From: Orbicella franksi
Taxonomy: Eukaryota
Length of the DNA: 64,000 nucleotides
Assembly: GCA_964199315.1 (NCBI GenBank)
Contig: OZ116703.1
Coordinates: forward strand, 19,840,001-19,904,000
Direction of reading: 5' to 3'
The stretch's first letter is position 1; every line of letters begins with the position of its first letter. The notes below the pieces were generated by a model. That model ran no database searches, had not been told where the DNA came from, and worked only from the letters and a program-made list of their open reading frames with translations. A program made the position numbers and the translations under genes. This document shows, piece by piece, positions 50,320 through 61,539 of this stretch.

Positions 50320-50810
50320 TAGCAATAGCTCTGTCACTTATATACCTAAGAAATGCCGTACTCTTTCCTATCAACGCTCGTTTTTTGTCCGATGTGCTAG
50401 AATCTGGAACGTTTTGCCTGAAAGTCTTAAGGAACACAATCAAACACCCCTTGCTTTTAAGAGATCCTTACTAAAATATTATACAAATGCTGTAGATATT
50501 TTTGATCAAGAAGATATAAGGACGTGGCGGACAATTTGCCCAAAGTGCAATACCGCTAAGACCTTAACGCGTCCACCGCATTGCTGCTTTTAAGCTCCCT
50601 ATACTAGATTTAGATTTATATATATTGTATAATTTTGTCTCTTAATTATATCTAAGGGGGCCGCTGTAATTGGCTAAGCTGTAGCGGCTCCCCTGGCCAT
50701 TTTGTTTTGTTTTGCTGTCTGTTTTTTTTGTTTTTTTGTTTTTTTTGCTTCCTCTTCTTTTTCTTTTTCTTTATGTGTAATAGTAGGCCAAAGCTTAATA
50801 AATAAATAAA
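50320..50810 (+). mobile_element. 5'-truncated LINE (CR1/L2-group) 3' end with 3'-UTR stem-loop and (AATA)n tail
   Basis: RSFFVRCARIWNVLP...FKRSLLKYY...DIRTWRTICPKCN...CCF*, then ggggccgctgtaattggctaagctgtagcggctccc and aataaataaataaa. Confidence 0.8.
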
Positions 50811-51313
50811 AGGAAAGGACAGTAGAAAAGAAAAGGTTAAGTCATGGTGTGAAATGGGAAATGGAAAATAATATACTGTGGTGTGAAATAAGGTGAGAGT
50901 TTCAACTAATGAATCAATCCCGAAATACCGTCATTCACCACATTTTCAAACGCCGGGAGGAGAGTTGAACAAACGTTCGACGTGCAGCGGAGTATTTTTA
51001 ACAAAAATCGAGGTGTTTGGAAATGTGGTCGGATATAGACATCGAATTGTAATATGTTTTTTTGAGAAATGTCGCAAAAAAAAAGTTATAGAACCATTAC
51101 AAAAATTTGTGGTTGAATACTGTCTTGAGTGTTTGGTATATCTTTCATTCTATAACGCTAACTTTCTATATATTTCCAAATCTAAACCTAGAATCGGTAT
51201 GTATATTTACGTAGAGGTCATTGACAACTGATTGCGGCCAAATAACCTCAGAGGACTGTGGCTAAAAGTCATAGAGAATTGAGACCAATATTTTGATGAG
51301 TCTTCAAATAATG

Positions 51314-52263
51314 TTATCCATGAAGTTCCAGCTGCCGTGATGACTTTATTCCAGAACCGTTTGTGTTCTTTGTCTTGTATTTTGCTGGCTGCTTATTTTT
51401 GGAACAAGAAACCATTGAGGCAATATTCTTCCTGAACTGTTGACTATGAAGCGTGTAGACCAGTGGATTGAGGCAGGAATTCAACAACGCGCTTGCTGTT
51501 GTCACGGGATGCACTGTGGCGTATCCGCCAGGAATCACGGGACTCAACACGCAAAGCACTGCGGGAGGGGTCCAGCACGTGATGAAGATAACAGAGACTG
51601 AGATGAGCATCTTAGTTACCTTATTTTTGGAATGTGACACGACTCTTGGACAAGAGCCTGGCATGAGAATACGGTTGCGCAGACATAAAATGATCCGTGC
51701 GTACAGGTATCCTATAATGCATATCGGCAGCACTGAACTAGCAAACGACCAAGCGAGGTAATACGCTCGCATCATTGTGTAATCTGGAAAGATCTCCACG
51801 CACATTTGAATTTCTGCATCGAAGGCAGATACTACGAGACTTGGCATGTCCAGTAGGATCGACAGTATCCATACAATTGGTACTAACCAAGACGACCGAC
51901 TACGATTGAGTGATAGCAGCGGACGTACTGTAGCAGAATAACGCTCACTATTGCCACCAGGAGAAAGCTCGAGGCTGAAGCCGCCGCCCAACCCAAAACC
52001 CCACTGGTAATGAACTTGCACAGCAGGTCTCCAGTTACACCGCTCGGCTGCTCGATAAAGTGGCTCAGAATGCAAGGTGGAATGAAGAATACCGCGACCA
52101 GTAAATCAGCGATGGCCAGGTGCAAAAGAAGCCAGTTGATGGAGGTTTTCATTGCTTTTTTCTTCAATATTAAAAAGCAAACCAGGGAATTACCAGCGAT
52201 GTTAATACTAATCATCACGGCCAGAAATAGAGAATACACCAAAGAGCTGGTCGAAATTGCCAT
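51314..52263 (-). pseudogene. Class A GPCR 3, paralogue with a 4-bp deletion frameshift just before the ERY motif
   Basis: TM1-TM3 lie in ORF 51883-52368 and ERY-TM7 in ORF 51314-52075. At 51947/51948 the sequence reads gca ata g|t gag cgt tat, where the paralogues read xIAFERY; no other lesions seen. Confidence 0.8.
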
Positions 52264-53604
52264 TCCTGATTTGAAATCTTTTCTGAAAGTTGGTGTTATC
52301 TGTATGGAGAATTGAGAAATATAATATAGTCTTACTGATTGCATAATCGGCGCAACAGTTATTTGCAAAGTTCTCTGGATTGTATAGATTAGAAAATAAG
52401 TTGTTCGTCTAACAAAATAAATAAATTAACACTCCTTTAGAGATTGATTAAGGGAAACTTTGGTGCAAACAAATGTGAGAAAGATTGATGTGCATCGAAT
52501 ACAACGACAACATTACAGCGCGTTACAATGCTTTCCCGTATACGAGAAAGGGCCTACGCACAATTCAGTTGTTAGATGTTTGGTCGAGAAGATCTGAAAT
52601 TTGAGAAAAATTTGGATGAATGTTAGACCTAATGTACCCTGCAAAAGCCATTTTGTCACTTAATTAAACCACAGAATTATAGCAGACTGAAACTACATTT
52701 AGATCTGTACCACTAATTGAGCATTGCGCCAAATTTTTACAAATAGCACAGATTTAATATGATACCCGTTCCAAAATATTCAAGCAAAAACCAAAACTGT
52801 TCCTTCTAATACAGATCAGAAAACAACACCCTTGTGGATGCAAATAACTAAAATTTTCTATTCGAAATGCTTGTCACTAGAACACGGGTTATACGTGGAT
52901 GTTTGCATCGATTTGCAAATCCGGTCGAATGAGTATATGCTTTTTAACCCCTGAGAAATTGGGTAGGATAATTTTAAAAAATCAAAAATACTTACGAAAG
53001 GTTTTGTTTTCTATCCCTCTATTTTGAAACGCTATGCTTGTTCAACATCCAACCATTAGATTGCTTCAATTTTACACTCGTTGTCGTGAATATAAGCATA
53101 TGAACATTTCTAGCTATCGATTGTGAAGACAGGTGGTATGAACATCAAACTTTTTAAAATAACACCCTCCCTAGGAAGGTGAATTTAAATTTTAAAAATG
53201 CTCCTTTAGTAATTAATCACCAGCGATTTTCACTTTTTATCAATATAAGCTATTTTTTCGTTGGAGAACTTTTGATGATTCCAAATATATAGTAATTTAA
53301 GAAAAATTAAATTAAAAAAATTAAGTAGTGCAAAAGTTATGTAAATCGCGATCATTGGACAGCTTTTTCCAGTCTGACTTTAGCTTTGGCTTTTTTGCCC
53401 CCCATTCACACTCACGAATCATTGTTAGCTTTTCATGGGCCTGAATCACAATTCCAGAGGCTATTGATAAAAAGTTAAAATTTTGACACTTACAAGTTAT
53501 GTTACTGTTTTCCAACCGAAACTTGATAAAAGTTTTGAGCTCAGAATTCGAGTCATCAGGGTAAATTTCAGCCAAAGGAAATCCGTATTTGTTTGAGTTA
53601 AAAT

Positions 53605-54002
53605 GACTGAAAAAAGCTGTATTAAAATCCAACAGGAAATTAGCTTCCTACATGGACGTTCTTATGGCATGTGACGAGCCATAACAGGCTTTTCCTTTAC
53701 TTTGCAAATAAAGAGGCCTAAGACGTGTTTACACTGTGATAACGCACGACGGGCATTTGAGAACACGAGGGAAATTGAAATCCAGCGAGAACGTTTTGGT
53801 TTGATTCTTTGTTCATCTTAGAGTTTATATTCAGCTAATTATATCATTAAAAGGGATTTCTACTTGGTAGAAAGGAGCAGTATGAAAAAAAGCTGAGAAA
53901 AGCTGTATTAAAATCCAGCAGGAAATTAGCTTCCTACACGGACGTTCTTATGACATGCGACGAGCCGTAACAGACTTTTCCTTTACTTACCAAATAAAGA
54001 AG
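53605..54002 (+). repeat. Pair of about 105-bp direct repeats (53605-53715 and 53895-54002)
   Basis: aaaagctgtattaaaatcca.caggaaattagcttcctaca.ggacgttcttatg.catg.gacgagcc.taacag.cttttcctttactt..caaataaagag occurs twice. Confidence 0.85.
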
Positions 54003-55104
54003 CTAAATAATGGCTTAAAATAATGGACAGTTACAGACCTCTCTAGCACTCTTTTCTTGCCGGTTTTTGATTTTTCAGGTTTTTTTGTTACAATTCTTAA
54101 TCGTCTGAGGTACTAGATGTTGAGATGAGGGGGTGTAAAAATAGGTACGAAACATATCCATGCGGCTACTGTCCTATTCTCTGCTGAACAGTGTACTCGT
54201 ATAGGAAACGAATCCGAGTGATCAACTGAGGCGCTGGTCTTGCAATCAGGTGTAAGTCGTCTATCACACTTTTAAGCTGATGCTGTTCTCGGCAGACTTG
54301 AGATGATCTTCACAGTCATTCTCCCTTGCCAGTTGATGTTTGAAATATTTGTTTTCCCTGTTGGAGTGGCATCCTTGTCAATTATCTTGAAGCTCACTGG
54401 ATGTGGTTAAAATCACTTTTATTATGTGACTGAGAAAATGGCTTCATTGTGATTGACGAGGAGCATGCAAATTTATCGTTACTTTTCAATTTGCACTCAG
54501 TGCAAATAAATGCACGCTAGTTTGGCTCGGTTTTCGCCGGACAGGGATCGTTGTGTTCGGGATACTTCTTATTGGGCTAAAAGAATCGAAAACTCTTCCA
54601 GAATTAATTATTCAGTTTGCCCGGTTTCCGGCAAAGATCAGTTGCTTAGCAATATGACGTATCCGTGTGCTCGTGATGCTTCTGATTGGACAAAAGAAAT
54701 CAGAACCTCTTCTAAAACTCACTTCCGCAACTAAGTGCACAGAAAACTAGGGTTTCCTCTCCTCTTCAATGAGTCTAGTTAATAATAAACTCCTTAGAGG
54801 CACGAAACAATCCATGCCACACCAAATATATCATTGCGCTCTTTCGAGAAGCCGTGTTTAGTCGGCATAAGGCTTTCCTTGTAAGGCTGCCGCTTTCCTT
54901 GTAAGTATGACTAGCCAATAGAAATCTTGAGCCTGCAGTCTACTATTAAATAAAGTTCAACGCTTTGGCTACACTTAAATTACAAACTCCATTCATATTG
55001 TTTAAATGGAGGATATTGCATGACGGCGCGAAGATACGCGTGAATTTAAAGTATGCCCTCGAATCCCGAAAGTAGCTTTGTATCAATTTTTCGAGTAAAA
55101 CATC

Positions 55105-55435
55105 CGTGTCTATATAATATTAGTATAAAGCTACTAGCGTTCGATCACGAATGCCGTTCTCTGATTGGTTACGCTACTCACTATCTATTCTCTGATAGAT
55201 AGTGAGTGGCGTAGCAGTACTAGTGTGCGCTTGTTAACAAAATGACAGTTGCTTCTTGGCGTTTTCGAAGTGTCTGTGAAGAGGATTTAGATGAAACATT
55301 TGAACGACTAGTAGATTTATATTAAAACAATTAGATCATTCGCTCTCGATTTCTATACGTGATGGTTGACTCGGGCTGCGTTCTCGTCAACTATCACGCG
55401 ACAGAAATCTCGAGCTCATAATCTAATTGTTTAAT
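55105..55435. mobile_element. Common coral-type repeat (ctctgattggttacgctactcactatctattc family)
   Basis: Internal hairpins ctactcactatct / agatagtgagtgg and ggttgactcgggctgcgttctcgtcaact; family recalled from coral genomes. Confidence 0.5.
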
Positions 55436-55959
55436 GTATCCCTAGTTCTGATACGCTCGGTACCCGGATTGTAGCTGGGAACGAATCTTCAGTGCTGTAC
55501 TTTGTATAGTGACCGGAATACAAAAGAACTACAACTGTGGTACGCACAGTACAATATCTCAAACGTCCTGTTTTTCGTAACATAACCATTTCACAACAGG
55601 AACTAATGGAATATTTTATGGTGAAAGGATACTTAAGGACTTGTTTTTCACAATAATGTGGAGTCAGCACAGTGTAAAGTAATATATTAACGACAGTGAA
55701 AAGTGGAGAAGAAGGCAGGATCACAAAAAAATCTTGTGTAAAAGAGATCACTGGTTAAGAACTTAAAAAAGTTACACCTTCTAGCTTTCAGTGTAAAGCC
55801 TTTAAAAACTAAAACGTAAAAACGCGAGATGAAAAATATATGCGAAAAGAAAGTATTCTCACGCGTAGAGAACAGCTTTCCATCCTTCAATTTTGCTAAG
55901 TAACATTAGAATAACTATTCTGTCACCGGAAGAATTAGTTGGTATGTGTTTCAGGTTGG

Positions 55960-58560
55960 TTGAAGACAAAGCCTCTCGCACGGTATTTAGCAACAATCTG
56001 TTGCAAACTCATCAGAATATCGGAACCCAAATTAAACTTGCCCATTTTCACAAAGAAATGTACTCCAGGGAGGCAATCGCTTTCTCCTGTCTTTGATGGC
56101 AGCTGAATACGTTATATTACACGCAATTCATGATGCAATCGGAGATTCAAGAGAAAACTCAGCCAGCGACAGAGTAGGATCGAGCAAATAGGGAAAAAAA
56201 AGAATTGAAAAAAAAGGTAAGTGTTAAACTTATCTTAAATTCTTTTCTAGTAAGTAAGTAAACCTTTATTTTTTTAATGACGTCTTCAATGTAACTCGTT
56301 CAGCTCTATAAATAAAATTGCTATCAAAAGAGGCCCTGCTAAAAATAAGAAAATAAAAATTTATAAACGTTACAACAGGCTATACGAGAAACAGGAATAA
56401 CAAGCTCACGAACCTTTGTTTTGTTCAGGATTTTGTCCAAAATAACAAACAAATTCAATTAGAAACATCCTTTTAGAAACATCCTTTTACAATTTGTCCT
56501 GTAGTGACGATATTTTTATCTGAAAAATGGGTTGATATTTCGTCTATCAGGAAAAGAAATATTGAACTTCCTCATTTTATCTAATTAGTGCTGCTCTCTA
56601 ATTGTGCGTCACAGGAGAGTCAGGAGATTTGATATTGTGAGGTATGTAAAAAGAAATGAGAGATATTCAAATTCTGTTGAACTTACGAATTACAGAATAT
56701 ATATCTTAAGCTAACAAACACACTGCGGTGCAAAAATTTCATCTATCAGAAGGAGTAGAGGCTTTTGCTCGTCAACATGATGCACTCACTACCTGTGAAA
56801 GCTGGTGAGCGCTTGAGAGCAGGGTCGTCTACACGGACGAAAATCATTTTTACTGAATAATAAAATACGTCCAGCCACCATCAAACCAATGTTTATTGGT
56901 TAATTATGTGAGAACCTTAATAAAGTCCACTGCTATGAACACATTTTTAAACCAGTCATTGTAAATGTTATCGTAAAATGGTAATCTCACTCTTGAAAAA
57001 ACGCGAATTTTCAGTTGTAATTTTGAAAGTCTACATGCACATGGAATTTCCAAAGATTATTGACTCAAAAATCTCGTGCATAGCCATATGCTTCAGTTAC
57101 CGTGTTACATTGATGCAATTTTACAGCATTCAATTAACTGCGTTTTTTGACATTCTTAAAATATCAACTCTCGAGCTCGCTACTGATTCTTTTAAATTCC
57201 TTGTAATATTGGTTGAATTTTTTTCTTTTTCAGAGAACGTCCCTAGATGAATATTGGGTCTACTCCCTTAAAATTTTACCTGTCTGTTGAAATTCATCAA
57301 CACATTATTACCACACAAAGATGGTTTCTAAAATTTTATCGAGCTGCTAAACCTAATCTTAGATTTGTCAAGCCAAAATTACAGGTGTTGAAAAAAGTTT
57401 AGTTGGTTTTCGGATCCACGAGATCGAAAACGGAAATTTTAGTGTTAGTTCCGTCTTCCTGTATGTGTACGTGCGGTCCACAGACCCATCGTCACCTGTC
57501 TTTGATTGCCAGGCTGTGATGCAACTCTATTACGAATATATATAACTCGTGATACGATCAAAACTTTAGACATCAGTTCAACCATCGAGGGAGCAGAGTC
57601 CTTCTGTGCAGATCATTTTGTAAGTATTTGAATTCCTTTGCAGTTTTGTGCTTCAATATTTTCAATTTTAAAATTCTTTTGAAATGTTTAGGATAAACAA
57701 AAAACAACAAATCCAGTCAAAATCCCACAAGCACCACCTTGTATTGACAACTTTTCACTTTTTTCTGCCTGTAGTGATCTCTAAACTAAGTCAATTTTCT
57801 TGTTTTAAGCATGTTTTACTTTCTCTAATTGTCCTTGTGTGTGTACTTTTTCCGTATTTTTTCGTCGCTTTCGCCTTTTGGCGCCTTTTAGCCCTCTTTA
57901 TCTATTTTTATCAAAAGATATATGTATCTATATATTTAGATAAACTGTCTTGCCAAAGACAGTTGTTTAGTCTCAGATATCTCCAAAAGCAGTCCTTTGC
58001 ATAAGCTTTGTTGGCTTCTCTAAGCTTCCTTGCCTTATAGATTTGATATTTGTACATATATTTATTGTGTGGCAAATTAATAATAAAGGAAATCTAATGG
58101 AAATTATCAGTATTGGTAATAGTCTAAAATATGTGTCACAAGACGTTTTAGGCGGTTTGCAATGCAGATTACAGGACTGTCTTTATGCTTTAGCATAATT
58201 TTAGCTTCGTCACGAGAAAAGCTATCGAAACAGAAAATCTAATGGAATTGACGAACTTAAATGCTTAGGATTTTGTTCAACATAGCAAACACAAGAATCC
58301 ATCTTGTAGAGACAATTTGTTACATCAGCGTGGACATTGAACGACTGTTCTTACCGATAAAAAACTTCAATCCCTGTTTCGTTACAACTTTAGTCTTCTC
58401 TGGAATCGGCATTAGTGGTAAATTATCTACAGTTCTCAAATGCATTAATAATTCATCACGTTAAAACAAAGAAACCACGACCGTGAAGGAGGTTTGGATA
58501 CCCGGTCTTAATTAGCATAGATTTTGACGATTTTACTTCTCCGTTTACTCCTTAGTTTTT
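55960..58560 (+). promoter_or_regulatory. Inverted copy of the GPCR1 upstream module, oriented toward GPCR4
   Basis: Collinear reverse-complement matches 56070-56210/43880-43990, 56420-56620/43630-43840, 57050-57720/42100-42720, 58080-58440/41700-42020; plus-strand donor GTAAGT at 57620. Confidence 0.6.
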
Positions 58561-59544
58561 GTTTCGATTGAGAAGATATATCAAACACTCGAGACAGTGT
58601 TTCATCAGCTATCCAAACACCTCGAATTTCGTCAAAAATACTCCGCTGCGCGTCGTATTTTCAACTCCTTTCTCAGTGTTTGGATATCCCGATGAAACAC
58701 TGTCTCTCGTGTTTGATATATTACTCAAACTACGCTATTTCGAACTCTGACAGAAATAAAAAAAATAGTTCAAAATAGCGGGAAGTTCGAAATAACCGAG
58801 TTCGAGATAGCCGATAGTAAATAACTGAAATCAAAGGGAGCTACGAAGAAGTCGTGGATACATTGCCTACAAGATGAAGAGGTCTTCTTGGATCGGCTAC
58901 TTTGTGCTTGACCGGGTTTTGAAGATAACAGGGTCACGATAAAAGTCAAAATAACTCTGCTCTTGAAGCACAATATATACAAGATTTTGTTTGTTGCGAT
59001 TTAAACGTTTACCCCACTGTAGTTGATAATTTTTGAAATAACTTTTTGAAAGCCTCTTTGAAAGCTCAAGTAGTACATGTACAGCGTAACTAGGCAAGTA
59101 AACAAAAAATCAAATTACAGGCTGTTTATACAGACTGCTTATAAATTTTGAACAGAATATATTAATTTATTTTGATTGGCATTGGAAAATAATTATTGTT
59201 TTTATATCGACTTGTACAGGTAGTGTTAATTAACTCATACAGTCTGTTGCACAATGAAGCCATTAAATGAGAGTTCACCATAATCACCAGTCCCAAATTG
59301 ACATCCAGTCAGAGGAGTTGGTTATAACATGTGTAATATTAGTGAGTCAGCAGTGCATTTTGGGTCAAGGTAATTTGGTTGTGGTCCTTCTTCAGTTAAC
59401 ATTCGAGTGTTGCATTATCAAAAGCCTGTGTGTCACATGAAAATATATATGTCACGTGGTTTTGACATTCATACTTTTAAGACAATCAGCTTGAGAGTGC
59501 CAAGAATATTTTGCGCAATTTTACTTTAGTGGGACACGGATATT

Positions 59545-59655
59545 ACAAGGGATCCACTGTAATTGGCTAAGCTGTAGCGGTCTCCTGCCTAATAATAAAA
59601 ATTTTATGTATATAAGTGTTTTAATTAGTTAGGCGAAGTTGAATAAATAAATAAA
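59545..59655 (+). mobile_element. Very short 3' stub of the same LINE as 50320-50810
   Basis: ctgtaattggctaagctgtagcgg identical, followed by an aataaataaataaa tail. Confidence 0.7.
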
Positions 59656-59879
59656 AGATGTTGCAAAAATTTGTTTATTTTATACTTTGGCAAACATAAA
59701 CAATTTGATTTTAGCTAGCTGGTAAATGGGAATAGAGAAAAAAAGTATTTCTGCAAATACTATAAGAATCATTTCAAACAGTTTTCAGCATCCCTTCCAG
59801 AAAGGGCTATATTGTAGTCAAACGTTCAACACACTACATGTGCTTTAATCGATGCCACGAAAATGTACAATTCAAACGA

Positions 59880-60290
59880 TAGAGTGCGGTCATAAACGAT
59901 GAAAGCGAAGAAAGCGAGGAAAAGCGAGCGGTTGCTACAAACAAAATAAATTACAAGTTATAAACGAATACAATAAAAGAAACAGAAATAACCAGCCAAA
60001 GGTAGACGATACTCACAAACGTTATATGACTAGGACGGTTAGGAACACGAAAGAGGAAAGCGGAAGGCTGTAAATAAACAAGATAACTGTAGCACCGCAA
60101 TGAATATGCACAAATAATCTAGAAAAACGCATGTAAAAGGGAACTTAACAAAACAAAATTATGCCGAAAAACCTAACAGAATATTGATAACGTGAAAGCG
60201 AGATAAACGAAAAGAATGCGATGATCACTAAAAGAATGCACGTACAGGCGGAAAAAAATAACAAAAATTTAAATGCGGCGCCAACAGGCT
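59880..60290. repeat. A-rich interspersed repeat ending gcggcgccaacaggc
   Basis: Strong A/G strand skew; terminal motif recalled from coral repeats; class not determined. Confidence 0.35.
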
Positions 60291-61539
60291 ACTTGAAAAG
60301 TTTGGCTGAAAATGATACTCTGCCATGAAATCCCCTGCTACATTTTGAACCAAAAAAGTTCAATTTTGTTTCGATTTTGAACCCAAAGTGAAGGGGATGT
60401 TTTTATTTACAATTATATAAGTTTTCTCCACGTAACCGTGCCCAGAAGGAGCGAGAAGGGACCTAACCAAATACCACATATTTACAAAAGCGAAACACAT
60501 GAACCGTCAAAATGGCCACTCTTAACTTTAGCAATTCGTACCCAGGCTCTCCATGTTATCGGCCAAAAGTTTACATCTGAGTGAGTGACACATTTGCATA
60601 TTTTGCCCCATCAGCAATAGTCGTTTCTACGCTTCGCGTATCAACGACCAAAAAGTAGTTGGCTGGGTTTTAGTAGCTAGGAGAAAACAAGGGGGCATTA
60701 CATTTAGCTGTATAAACAAGTTAAAATTTCGTTTGCATTGCAAACCGTCCGTGTAAACGAAAAAAGTTTCTCTATCGTGCATCTTAGAAACGAGGATTTT
60801 TTATTGATTTTTCAAGAAATTTGGCATTTCCAGCCCAAAAGGAGTTTTTATTTATTAACATCTCATCTCGATTCAATCTGTCGGCTGGATATTTCTTATG
60901 TTGTTTGAACATGCAAGTATCATGAACAGCTGTTGTTAAGCACAAGTTGAGCACAGAACAAACATTACATGTTCTTTGATGGACAGTACAGTAATATTTT
61001 GAGACAAATCCATTACTACGTGTAAGAGTGAGTAGTTTATATGCAGATATTATTCAGTTACCTAGGGCTGAGTAATGTTTAATTTAAACTCATCCGTCTT
61101 TTCAAAATATATTATGACGAACAAGGTGCAGACCAAGGGCGTAAAATCTACGTTGCTTTCTTAAGAAGCTTATATGCTGTTAATATTTTATGTCTTCAGG
61201 CCGAGTGATGTTTTAGGTAAAGCTTGCCCATCTTGTCAAGTGATATCAAGACTCACGAGGACGCAGAGTACAGGCGAAAAATCAGTTTACCTGACTTGAG
61301 CAGAAGCTACACTTTCGCGAAATATCATTGGCAAGACCTTCACCAGGATAACTTCAGTCATTAATCGACGCAAACTTGGAAAAAGATTGGCGCAAATCAG
61401 GGGCAAAATAGTGAAGTATTTCACAGAGTTTGAACAAGAGATCACAGTTGTCACCAGGCTCATTGAGAAGGTACCCCCGTCAAACTTCCCACAAAAGTGA
61501 TTTTCGCTTTATTCAAGTTTGTTGGAATTGTAATTCACA

